Source of the DNA: an uncultured virus (IMG/VR IMGVR_UViG_3300042946_001372)
Lineage: Duplodnaviria > Heunggongvirae > Uroviricota > Caudoviricetes
Virus record (IMG/VR): IMGVR_UViG_3300042946_001372
Strand: one strand, 5' to 3'
Length of the DNA stretch: 64,000 nt
Position 1 is the stretch's first letter. Every line of letters begins with the position of its first letter. The notes beneath the pieces were generated by a model. That model had not been told where the DNA came from. It saw only the letters and a list, made by a program, of their open reading frames with translations, and ran no database searches. Below, piece by piece: positions 20,665 through 30,100 of the stretch. The position numbers were made by a program, and so were the translations under genes.

Positions 20665-20697
20665 TAAATATATGGTCGGCGATGAACCGACCACAAA
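20665..20697 (-). promoter_or_regulatory. Bacteroidota-like promoter upstream of nrdJ with palindromic spacer
   Basis: Minus strand TTTG-tggtcggttcatcgccgacca(21 nt)-TATATTTA, one mismatch to TAnnTTTG. Confidence 0.5.
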
Positions 20698-20744
20698 TTT
20701 AATTAAAAAAAAATAAGTTTTTTTTGAAAAAAGTAGATATTTAA

Positions 20745-22130
20745 TTAGGGACTTTTTTGTTGTTCACGTTGTTTTCTTTTCTCCAACAGTTCTTTGACCC
20801 TATCTCTTTTTCTTTCTTCTTGTTGCTCTTCAAATCCTAGGAATGTGATTGATGATTCAGTGTCGATTTCAAGTAATTCATTATTGAATTTACAGTTCTC
20901 GAAAACAACCCCGTCTTTACCAAGACGAGATTTAGTGATGGCTATTGTTGCAAGGTTCATCTCTTTTTGTTGTAATGTCTTTGCCACAGTAATAATAACG
21001 TGGCCTACTTGTGCTTTCTTGATTGAACCACCCATTTGGTCTGTTGTAACAACTTCAGATGAAATTGAACTTCTATTTCCTTGGGTTGCAGTCCATCCCA
21101 CAAGATTTAATTCGTGACACATGGCTTCGAATGCCCTCATAATTGAACCTTCGGCCTTCCATTCGTCTTTAGCACTTTGTTCAGGTAGAACACAATCTAT
21201 GTAATCTAATAGAATCAAATCAATTTTATTTCCCTCAGCAATCATTTTTCTCACCTGATTTTTGATATGATTCATAGTTACAGTGTCTGAAGCCAATTTC
21301 TTGAGAATCAATTTGTTCTTCATTGTATCTTGAATCTCTGAGATTTTATCCATTACTTTTTCTCTGTGTTCGGCTAATTTGTCAGGTTCAACGCCTGTCC
21401 AAATGGTGAAGTGTTTTCTCTGAATAATTTTTGGATTGTCTTCAAAAAAGATTTGTAAAACGTTATAACCGTGATTAAATGCGGTATTGGCTATTTTAGT
21501 GAGGATTGTGGTCTTACCAACACCAGTGGGTGCAAGTATGACCCCAATCTCACCTTTGGCTAATCCACCCTTTAACAATCTATCAATACCTGTTATTCCC
21601 ATAGGAATTGGATGTCTGTAATCATCTTCCAAAACAGTATCCAAACCTGAGAAAATATCTGTAACATTCTTTTCAACTTCTCCAACTTGAAGAGCTTCTC
21701 TTACTAAACCCTCAACTTTGTCATAAGACTCAAAGTCACCTTCAGTGATGATTTTCTGAGCTCTGTCCATAGCCTTTTTCAACTCTTGTTGTTTACAGAA
21801 TTTCAAAGCTTTCTCTTGAACAAACTGAGCCCCTTCAACTGGTGCATCTTTGATTTGTTTTAAAGTATCCAAAACAATTTTGACAACCAATTCTTGGGTG
21901 ACTTCAGCCCTTACAATCTGTTCAATTGTTTCAAAGTTAGGAGAAGCTTCATACTTTGAATGATATTCTTTAATCATCTGAATGATGATTTTAAAATACT
22001 TGTTGTCAAAATACGATGGCTCAAGAACGTCGACAATTGAGGATGCAAAGTCTTTATCCTCTATTAGTTGGTTGATAAGTTGTATTTGAAACGTGTTACC
22101 TAAGTAGTCAAAGTTTTTGTTCATAGCCAA
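20745..22130 (-). CDS. dnaB: Replicative DNA helicase (DnaB / T4 gp41-like)
   Basis: Walker A APTGVGKT, LLDYID, WTATQGNR, AITKSRLG. Confidence 0.9.
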   Translation of the reverse strand: MAMNKNFDYLGNTFQIQLINQLIEDKDFASSIVDVLEPSYFDNKYFKIIIQMIKEYHSKYEASPNFETIEQIVRAEVTQELVVKIVLDTLKQIKDAPVEGAQFVQEKALKFCKQQELKKAMDRAQKIITEGDFESYDKVEGLVREALQVGEVEKNVTDIFSGLDTVLEDDYRHPIPMGITGIDRLLKGGLAKGEIGVILAPTGVGKTTILTKIANTAFNHGYNVLQIFFEDNPKIIQRKHFTIWTGVEPDKLAEHREKVMDKISEIQDTMKNKLILKKLASDTVTMNHIKNQVRKMIAEGNKIDLILLDYIDCVLPEQSAKDEWKAEGSIMRAFEAMCHELNLVGWTATQGNRSSISSEVVTTDQMGGSIKKAQVGHVIITVAKTLQQKEMNLATIAITKSRLGKDGVVFENCKFNNELLEIDTESSITFLGFEEQQEERKRDRVKELLEKRKQREQQKSP

Positions 22131-22157
22131 AGAAAATATCCCCTCTTATTTTAAATA

Positions 22158-22619
22158 TCAATCTCTCAAATCAATTCCGCAATATTCGTAAGATAATTCG
22201 GAATTTGAAAAAATGTCAGTCAGTTCTTTAAGAACATCCTTCAAATATGGTCTTACGTCAACGGTGTAACGAACTTTGGGTGGAAACTTTTTTCCATCGA
22301 AAATTCTCTGACAAATTGTCTGGTCTCCTACTTTCACAGAAAGATAGAAGTTTTCAGGACCCTCGGTAAAAGACGTATCCATAATCTTGGGGTCATGAAT
22401 GATTGCCTCCATGTTATCCATCATATAGATAACTGTTTTCATTTTGAGGTAATACTGTAGCTCCTCGGATAAGGATTTGATGAAATGATAAAACTCGGTA
22501 GAGTTTTTTGCTTCAGGGTTGAAACCTTTGACGTTGAAGAATCTTTGGACGACGATGTTGTCGTTCAGGGTCAACAAAAATTCCATCTTGATGCTGTCGT
22601 GTTCTTTCATGTTTTTCAT
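22158..22619 (-). CDS. Hypothetical protein in replication block (likely start ATG 22619)
   Basis: ATGA overlap with the exonuclease stop at 22616-22619. Confidence 0.65.
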   Translation of the reverse strand: MKNMKEHDSIKMEFLLTLNDNIVVQRFFNVKGFNPEAKNSTEFYHFIKSLSEELQYYLKMKTVIYMMDNMEAIIHDPKIMDTSFTEGPENFYLSVKVGDQTICQRIFDGKKFPPKVRYTVDVRPYLKDVLKELTDIFSNSELSYEYCGIDLRD

Positions 22620-23614
22620 TTTTTTGTGTTTCGTTTTTCTTTTCTTGTTAGTTTCATAAATGGTTTTAGGAAGTTTACCCACGCTTCGTCGTTTTTAGGT
22701 AGGTATTTAAATAGGCCGTCTTCCATCATCAGCCTCATAAGGTTTTTATAACCTCGGTCAGTAGGGTCCATGGTATCGGTATGAATCTGTTCAACAAGTT
22801 GTTTACCTTCTTGGTTTATGAGGGGATTATGAAGGTCAACAATCATTTGATTCACAACGTAAAACTCTTCTCCAAGTATACCACTTTTGGTCCGTCCTGT
22901 CAAAATATTTTCTAAAGATTTTGGTAATTTCTTTTGTTGGATATTTCGTGCATAATCCAATATTTCTTGGATAGTGCATGGTTTTTCAAGCATAAACGGA
23001 AAAAGTTTAACCAAAGTTTTTTCTCCCAAACCTTCAATACCGTCAATATTGTCTGATTTGTCTCCTGTGAATATTTTTGTAACAGTGATGTTATAATGTG
23101 GGATGTCAACCTTGTTGATTGTTATCTTATCTCCATTCTTAAAATACCTCTTTGCCACAGGTGAATAGATAGTCACTCTTTGACTTATAAGTTGGGTGAG
23201 GTCTTTGTCTGCTGAGAAGATTATAATGTCTTCATCGGTCGCAATTTGACAATAGTAAGCTATTAGGTCATCGGCTTCATTATCTTTCATTTCAACCTGT
23301 CGGACGAAAACCTCCTCCAAATACATCTTTACTCTAGCCTTTTGTTGTAGGTAAGATTCGTATTTGTACTCATTCATATCTTGGCGACGGTTTCCTTTAT
23401 ATTGAGGATACAAACCTTTCCTTACGGATGAGTTCGAATCTCCGTCCCAAAATACTATAACTTTGTCATGATTGTGTTCTTCAAGAAATTTCCGGATAGT
23501 GTTGATGAAATGGTATACCCCTCCTATGTGAGAACCATCGTTATAAAGTTCTTTGACTCCGTGAAAACCAATCTTGAAAAGGTTGTCACCATCTACTAAT
23601 AAAGTCTTAGGCAC
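22616..23614 (-). CDS. 5'-3' exonuclease / flap endonuclease (T4 RNase H / PolI N-terminal-like)
   Basis: LLVDGDNL, YKGNR, EADDLIA, SADKDLTQL, GDKSDNIDGIEGLGEKT motifs. Confidence 0.92.
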   Translation of the reverse strand: MPKTLLVDGDNLFKIGFHGVKELYNDGSHIGGVYHFINTIRKFLEEHNHDKVIVFWDGDSNSSVRKGLYPQYKGNRRQDMNEYKYESYLQQKARVKMYLEEVFVRQVEMKDNEADDLIAYYCQIATDEDIIIFSADKDLTQLISQRVTIYSPVAKRYFKNGDKITINKVDIPHYNITVTKIFTGDKSDNIDGIEGLGEKTLVKLFPFMLEKPCTIQEILDYARNIQQKKLPKSLENILTGRTKSGILGEEFYVVNQMIVDLHNPLINQEGKQLVEQIHTDTMDPTDRGYKNLMRLMMEDGLFKYLPKNDEAWVNFLKPFMKLTRKEKRNTKK

Positions 23615-23623
23615 ATATTTGAT

Positions 23624-24025
23624 TTAGAGGTGATTGTTTTCCTTTCTGTAGTCCACATATTCTTTAACTTCTCTGATTTCTGACGAAGTTATAGAATTGA
23701 TTTGATTTTTCAAATCGAATCTTTTGTCGTTAGTGAAATAAACTTTTCTCGCCAAATTGATAAATTCATCTTCGAACTTACCTTCTTTTTCTAATATTCT
23801 CAAGATATCTTCAATTTCCCATAAATTTGAATTAGTACTGACTAGATTATGATATAAGTTTTTAATTATCAAATTGTTCAAATACTCCGAAGATAAATTA
23901 TAAAGAAGTTCAAATTCTTTATTGATGTAATCTAATTTTTCAGGATTTGAGATTTTATTCTTTTTAACTTGAAGAATTGATAACTTATCAATTAGTTCAC
24001 CGACGCTTACAGGAATGTTTACCAT
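23624..24025 (-). CDS. DUF6165-like protein
   Basis: IPVSVGELIDKLSILQVK...LWEIED...ARKVYFTNDKR...IREVKEY pattern. Confidence 0.7.
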   Translation of the reverse strand: MVNIPVSVGELIDKLSILQVKKNKISNPEKLDYINKEFELLYNLSSEYLNNLIIKNLYHNLVSTNSNLWEIEDILRILEKEGKFEDEFINLARKVYFTNDKRFDLKNQINSITSSEIREVKEYVDYRKENNHL

Positions 24026-24026
24026 A

Positions 24027-25028
24027 TTACTCTTCTTTCTCTTCGGTCAAAGTGAAATCTCCTTCAGCACCAATAATATCCTTCCAATAGTCGGCATATT
24101 CTTTTTTGTATGCTTCGATAGATGCTTTTTCTTCTGTTGAATCTTTACCCGCCAAAAACCCATGAGGTGTTACAATAATTTTCCCATCATCGAATCCGAG
24201 TCCGTTGATGTGGTTTTTCATTACAGATATCTTACTCCTAACGGCAAATTTAACGGAACGTTTGTCTTTTGTCGCAGTAATTTTTGTAGTTCCAGCACCT
24301 TTCTGATTTCCGAACAAAAATACCAAAGACGAGTTCAACCAAACAGATTCACCACCTTTAGCTTTAATCTTCGGTTGTCCGAAAGGATTGTCCGGTAATT
24401 CAACCCAAGGTTGATTTATGATAATCAATGTATTTTCATATTCGGTATCCGCTTTTCTTGAACCAGAAATTCTTTGGTTGATACCCATTCCGATTTTATC
24501 GGATAAAACGGATGCGTTGTGTTGTTTACCACCTTTACCCTCATAGGTCATCTTACAAGGTACTGAACCTACAGAATCCCAAATGAAACATAGGCTATAG
24601 TTCAATTCCCCTTTTTCTTGAGCATCCAATAGTTGATTGATGTAATCGGTGATTTGTTCTATGTAGCTGAAGTTGTTATTGAATAGAAAGAATCCGTCCC
24701 AATCCAACTCACCTGTTTCGGTGTCAACAACCTCGTCACATTGGAACCCCATGAGTTTAGCATGGTCAAAACTCCACTTCTGTTCTGTAATGATGAACAC
24801 AGGTAAGATTTCTTTCTTTTGAGCATCTACAGCAGCTTTGATTGCTGCAGTTGTTTTACCTGTATCTGAGTGACCCAAAAACATATTGATATGTCCAATA
24901 GCAGGACCAGGTAAACCAACGGCATCCAAGAAATCGGCACCTAAGTCCAAAAATCTTTGGGGTTTATATTTTGCAGAAGTTGAGAACTTCTTTTTCAGAT
25001 TACTAAAATCGTTTTTCTTGATTGCCAT
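24027..25028 (-). CDS. recA: RecA/UvsX-like recombinase
   Basis: Walker A GHSDTGKT, Walker B FIWDSVG, IINQ, KAKGG, KISVMKNH. Confidence 0.85.
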   Translation of the reverse strand: MAIKKNDFSNLKKKFSTSAKYKPQRFLDLGADFLDAVGLPGPAIGHINMFLGHSDTGKTTAAIKAAVDAQKKEILPVFIITEQKWSFDHAKLMGFQCDEVVDTETGELDWDGFFLFNNNFSYIEQITDYINQLLDAQEKGELNYSLCFIWDSVGSVPCKMTYEGKGGKQHNASVLSDKIGMGINQRISGSRKADTEYENTLIIINQPWVELPDNPFGQPKIKAKGGESVWLNSSLVFLFGNQKGAGTTKITATKDKRSVKFAVRSKISVMKNHINGLGFDDGKIIVTPHGFLAGKDSTEEKASIEAYKKEYADYWKDIIGAEGDFTLTEEKEE

Positions 25029-25030
25029 AA

Positions 25031-25243
25031 TTAAAAGTCTAAATCGTATGTTATAAAATCGTCCAATTCTTCATCGGGGTGAAACTCAAGCCAATCTTCA
25101 TTCTCGAAAATAAAATACCCACCACCATTAGAGTCTTCCCATTTTCTGAGTTGAAGTTCTTTTCCGTTTTTATCTATTATTGTAAAATCGTAGGTGACGG
25201 CTTCGAAAACTTTTTTCGGATGTTCTTTTACTTTGAATGTCAT
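25031..25243 (-). CDS. Small acidic hypothetical protein
   Basis: 70 aa ORF between SSB and recombinase with an A-rich leader. Confidence 0.6.
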   Translation of the reverse strand: MTFKVKEHPKKVFEAVTYDFTIIDKNGKELQLRKWEDSNGGGYFIFENEDWLEFHPDEELDDFITYDLDF

Positions 25244-25249
25244 TATAAA

Positions 25250-25278
25250 AAAATATAAGGGCGGTTTGACCCGCCCTT
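25250..25278 (-). terminator. Intrinsic terminator/hairpin after SSB gene
   Basis: AAGGGCGG-gtcaaa-CCGCCCTT followed by atattttttt on the minus strand. Confidence 0.6.
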
Positions 25279-25287
25279 GTTATAAAA

Positions 25288-26133
25288 TTAGAATGGTAAA
25301 TCAGTGTCAGCTTCAGCGTCAGCTTGTGGGTCAGTAACTTTAGAAGACTTGGAACCACCAATTGAGGTTTCAGATACTTCATCATCACCGTAGACATATC
25401 CACCTTTTTCGTTATCCCACTTTGGTGTTTTACCTTGTGCGATTGCTTCAAGATACTCTACAGGTTTTTTACTATATACATCAGTCCAAGACAACTCATC
25501 ATTTACCCACTCGTTAGCTTGGTCTTTATCTGTATGAACAGGTGTTGGGTCGTCGTACATGATTGCTGAAACAGTTGTATACTCTTTTCCTTTTGGAGTT
25601 TTAGATTTAGCCAACTCGATGATTAGGTCACGACCTTTTTCAGCATCTGTAATATCACCCTTGTTTCTCCAAATGGGAATAATCTTGTCAAGAATACCCT
25701 CATTCTTATAGTTGTGTTTAAATCTCCAAAACTTTGGACCGTCAGCTTCGTTATCACGGTCGATAACTTTAACGATGTAAAACTTACGAGATTTGTATTG
25801 CTTTGCAAGTTCCTTATCGGATTCCTTACCTGTTGCCATCAACTCTTCGTAAACTTCGTTCAAAGGTGAACGTTCGTTGTCATTTTTTCCTGGGTCATAG
25901 AACTTCTGCCATTGACCACCTACTTGGATTTCATGATACCAAGCCTCTTTGAATGGTGAGGAACCATCTGTGGTAGGAAGAATTCTCACTCTTCTCTGAC
26001 CTGATTTCTCTTTATCACCAAGGATTAAAGCGAAATACTTTTTCATTCTTTCGTCTTGCGACATTTTCGATTGGGCCCCGCCCATTTGATTTTTTTCATA
26101 CTGTGCCAATACGGCGTCTAATACATTACTCAT
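25288..26133 (-). CDS. Single-stranded DNA-binding protein (T4 gp32-like)
   Basis: RVRILP...PF...WYHE, VIDRD...GPKFW, GRDLII, acidic tail ending DLPF; next to the recombinase. Confidence 0.8.
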   Translation of the reverse strand: MSNVLDAVLAQYEKNQMGGAQSKMSQDERMKKYFALILGDKEKSGQRRVRILPTTDGSSPFKEAWYHEIQVGGQWQKFYDPGKNDNERSPLNEVYEELMATGKESDKELAKQYKSRKFYIVKVIDRDNEADGPKFWRFKHNYKNEGILDKIIPIWRNKGDITDAEKGRDLIIELAKSKTPKGKEYTTVSAIMYDDPTPVHTDKDQANEWVNDELSWTDVYSKKPVEYLEAIAQGKTPKWDNEKGGYVYGDDEVSETSIGGSKSSKVTDPQADAEADTDLPF

Positions 26134-26157
26134 TTTTTATAAATTTAGATTGTTTAG

Positions 26158-26189
26158 CAAATATAATTGGGATTTCCCTATATGTCAAA
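26158..26189 (-). promoter_or_regulatory. Bacteroidota housekeeping-sigma promoter driving SSB/recombination operon
   Basis: Exact TTTG-N20-TATATTTG match to the -33/-7 consensus (TTTG...TAnnTTTG), directly after a terminator. Confidence 0.75.
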
Positions 26190-26192
26190 TTT

Positions 26193-26216
26193 AAAAGGGA
26201 CCAATCGGTCCCTTTT
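26193..26216. terminator. Intrinsic terminator (bidirectional-type)
   Basis: AAAAGGGACC-aatc-GGTCCCTTTT immediately after the stop of 26219..26893. Confidence 0.8.
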
Positions 26217-26218
26217 TA

Positions 26219-26893
26219 TTATTTAAATTTAAAATCTTCTCTATCCTCTCCACTCGGTTGAAATGAATTTTTTATATCGTTCACATTGATATCACTAACT
26301 TGGTCGTCAGTCAAAACATATTCATTTTTTCCCGTTTTTTCCATTTCTTCTTTTTTGTCATCAAAAAAATCAGTGAGTCTTTGGTTATAAGGGTATGAAT
26401 CATAGACTCTCAAATTCAATTTTTCTTCAGGACTCTTGGACCTATATTTTTCTAATTTACTTTCCAAAGAGTTTAACTTACCCATGATTTGGTCCATCTC
26501 ACCAAGTCTTTTCTCTAAATTAGATAATTGTCCAAAAAGGTTTTCAAAGTATTCGTCTTGTTTTTGTTGGATATTTTTTTGAGCATCAACTAAATCCGTT
26601 ATCTCTAATTCTTCAGTTCCACTCTCTTCATCTTTCTTCTCAGTTGATTTACCCTTATCATCCAATTTTTCTACATCTGGGTCTGACTCAACATCTAAAG
26701 GCTCAGGTGTTGGAATACCTTTCGGGATATCTGCAGCCGGTGTTTCTGCGGGTGCTGTTGCTGGAGCCCCCAAAGCCGCAGCTGCATCTGCTGCTGGGTC
26801 TGGTGGAGGAGGTTCAATAGCCTGTTCTTTGATATAATTTACAATTGAATTATATCTCTCTATTTCACTTAGAATTTTTTTATCTATACCCAT
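26219..26893 (-). CDS. Acidic Pro/Ala-rich coiled-coil protein (possible prohead core/internal protein)
   Basis: 224 aa; KKILSE N-terminus, PPPPDPAADAAAA linker, heptad-rich segment. Confidence 0.55.
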   Translation of the reverse strand: MGIDKKILSEIERYNSIVNYIKEQAIEPPPPDPAADAAAALGAPATAPAETPAADIPKGIPTPEPLDVESDPDVEKLDDKGKSTEKKDEESGTEELEITDLVDAQKNIQQKQDEYFENLFGQLSNLEKRLGEMDQIMGKLNSLESKLEKYRSKSPEEKLNLRVYDSYPYNQRLTDFFDDKKEEMEKTGKNEYVLTDDQVSDINVNDIKNSFQPSGEDREDFKFK

Positions 26894-26895
26894 TT

Positions 26896-27120
26896 TTACC
26901 CGTTTAAAAGTTGTTTAATTCCTTTGGCAGTTTCTACCTTTACTCTTCTGTTGGCTAAATGTTGGTGACCTGCTCTCTCAATAAGACCATCTCTTTCTCT
27001 GACCATATAACACTCACCGGTGTCCAAATCACAAACCTCTTTGGAGCCGTCCCCATTGTCTTGCTCTGAAAACCTAACTGGTTTTCCCAAATAATTGTCG
27101 AGCATTGTTTTTAAATTCAT
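26896..27120 (-). CDS. Small hypothetical protein (likely start ATG 27120)
   Basis: MNLKTMLDNYLG...VCDLDTGEC; TATTTAT 14 nt upstream of 27120. Confidence 0.65.
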   Translation of the reverse strand: MNLKTMLDNYLGKPVRFSEQDNGDGSKEVCDLDTGECYMVRERDGLIERAGHQHLANRRVKVETAKGIKQLLNG

Positions 27121-27148
27121 AGAATTGTTTTTATATAAATATATTAGA

Positions 27149-30100
27149 TTAAATAAAAGTGAATACACCAGGTGCGGTAACAGGTACCGCATTTCCTGTT
27201 GTTGTTACTGATATTTGTAGTTGTTGTGGTGGTGTACTAACTATTTGTGGTATTGAGAATTTTATTTTATTAGTTGATATAAATTGTACTGTTCTGAAAT
27301 CCACTTGAGTTGTTCCAACCGTTATAGTTCTGACGTATTCTAAGTTTGTACCTGAAAGACTCATTACAGTTCCAGTAGTACCTGTCAGTGGTGAGAATCC
27401 TGATAATACTGTTGGTGGACACGCCGGTATTGTTGTTTGTTGACCTCCTCCTCCTTGATTGAATGCGGTTCCTATATCAGTCCTCAATCCCACTCTTCCG
27501 GCACTTGCAATTGCCTGGTCAACTATACTACCATAAATTCCCAAAAATCTATCTATGTTTGATTCATAATATTCTAGGGTAACCTGAGCCGCAGGGAATG
27601 CAGTACAATAATATTCAATAATTTTTTCTTTAAAAACTCCTCCTGTAATCTGTGAAATTCTCGGTGTTATAAGACCTGTCATAAATTTCAGGTAGGTATT
27701 TACATCATTAAATTTCGCGGCCGGTAATGATTTATCACCACTTATGGTTTTGGTTTTAATACATGCATATACGTTAGGTACAAAATCCTGTGTAAGCGAT
27801 GATGCTATTGGTTTATCCAAAGTAATATTACTGAAGTTATTATCATACGCAACAAACTCTCCTTTAGGGTCACCAGCAATACTGAATGTTCGGATATAAG
27901 ATAGAACATAAACTATAGTCTGAAGCTCTGCGTTAGGTGCGGTACCTGTATAGGTTTTGAGACTATTAGAGAAATCAGTTGCGGTCAATTTTGTAAGTTG
28001 TCCTGTAGTTGATTCAAGTCTATCAAATTGCGGTGATAGATTCGCTCTACAAGCATTTTGGGCATCTACAGAGAGGTTATTAGAATTTTGTATTAGGTTT
28101 GTTTCTTTTCCTTGGTTTGTGGTGGTTATTGTTGTGTTTTGGTCTGTCTTTTGTATAACTAAGTTTTCTAATTGAGTCAGAAGATTTTGATTTATCTTTT
28201 GAAGATAGTTGTCCTCCACAGGATAATCATATATACCCTGTCTTACTCCTGTAAAATTTGTAGTGAAGTCACCTGGGGTTATCGTATGTGAAACATCTGT
28301 AATCAAATATGGACCATTGAACATTGGAACGTGTCTCAAATTGAAATACATAGTTGGTTGAATTAGGGCGTTACCCATAGCGCTGACTTCACACTGATAA
28401 CTTCTCCTTTTATAGAAATTATACAAACTAGCATTTTGAGTACCAACATTCTTTGTATTAGTTTGGTCGGCCATCATCAATACCGCAGCGATGGATTCGG
28501 ATGTTGCCTTTCCGTTGTCTTGAGATACACTGAAGGTCTGAAAAACATTCTGATTTCTTATACCTATATCTACATTAAATCCAACTACCTTATTTGATTT
28601 ATCAAAGTCATTTTTTCCTAGTTGGTTTTCAATAAGAGGGTTTCCTGTAGGATTTCTCAAGTCAAATCCATCATCCCCTATACCTGTAAGTTTAACTGAA
28701 ACACCTAATTGGTCAGATGGCTTACCGACGTAAAAACAAACTATTTTTGGACCAGACTTTCTATAATCCACATTTGTGAATGTCCCCCACATATTATCTG
28801 CGAAATCTAAAGTTGACTCTGTGTTTGGACTTTGTAAACCGTTGACTTCTTGAACATTATAAAAATTACAGTATGCGGGTAGTGGCATCACAACAAAATT
28901 ATTCTGCATCAACATTGAACTTAGCAGAGTGTATACACTCATTCCTTCGTTCAAAGAGTTCTTATTTATTAAATTTTTTATTGAGAAAATATCAAGAACT
29001 ACTGTTTCACCTATGTTGCGTGAAGCCCTATCCAAGAATAAAATATCCTCAAATAAAGTTCTCTGAGAATAATCATACCCTGCAACCCATTTGTCATTCA
29101 GTGCTTTAAAGACATTATATATTTCTACCTTACCCTGCAAACCTGAAAGTCCTGATTGGATTGTTTGTTCTTGAGGTTCTTGAACATCAGGTAATTTAGC
29201 TTGTGTAGATATAATAACTTGATTTAATAAATCATTTTGGAAGGTCTCGTTGTTGTTTATATATGCTGTAAGGTTGTCTCTGAAATTTGTAACCAATAGA
29301 TTTGGATTATTCAATCTCTGAGTTGCATACATTTTTATAATTGGAGCCAAAAGAACCACATTCCTTGATGAAAATTCTATATTGTTATTGATGAAGAAGT
29401 CAGTAATATACGAACCGTTATCAGTATAAGTCAATTCCGCTATTGATGAAAATCCAACCTCTGTTAGTAATGCTCTCCATGCTGGCCCATTTAAGTTTTG
29501 AGATTGTTGTAAAGTAATTCCTCCCCCAACCGATGGTAAGGTATTAGTAACATAAGGTTGGAATGTAATTGGCTCGACTACCGTGGGTGTTGGTAAGCCA
29601 ATTGAGATATATGACTCCCAAACTTTTCTATTAAATTTTGATGGATTACCATTTCTTATAATCACATCATATTCCATTATTGATTTTATTTGTGATGAGA
29701 AATTATTGAATTGATTTGTAATAGCTTCCTTAAACAATTCACTCGTTCTCGTTGCTAAAGTTGGTGTAAGTTTCATTGCCTCCCTCATGAAAGCTTGGAA
29801 ATTTCTTGAAATACCATCAATTTGTACTGCACTTTTATTTATTTCACTACGAACTGGTGCGTATTTAACGTTCGTGATTGGTGCACAATAATTCAGGAAT
29901 TCTTTTTCCATCAAATCCAAAGCTCTTTTATCAAATACTCCAAAGATTTCCTCCATTGTAGAGTAAGTGTTTGATGATAAAAGTTGGAATGGTACTATTG
30001 TAGACCCGTCAGAATAAATTAAATTCATATACGAATCTGTATCTGGTTTGATTACTTGATTAGCATCAAAGTAACCATAGTTTGAAGCAGCCCATAAACA

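Noticed and set aside
20611..20744. Cobalamin riboswitch upstream of nrdJ
   Set aside because: The gap is short and very AT-rich with only one small GC hairpin; no B12-box recognised.
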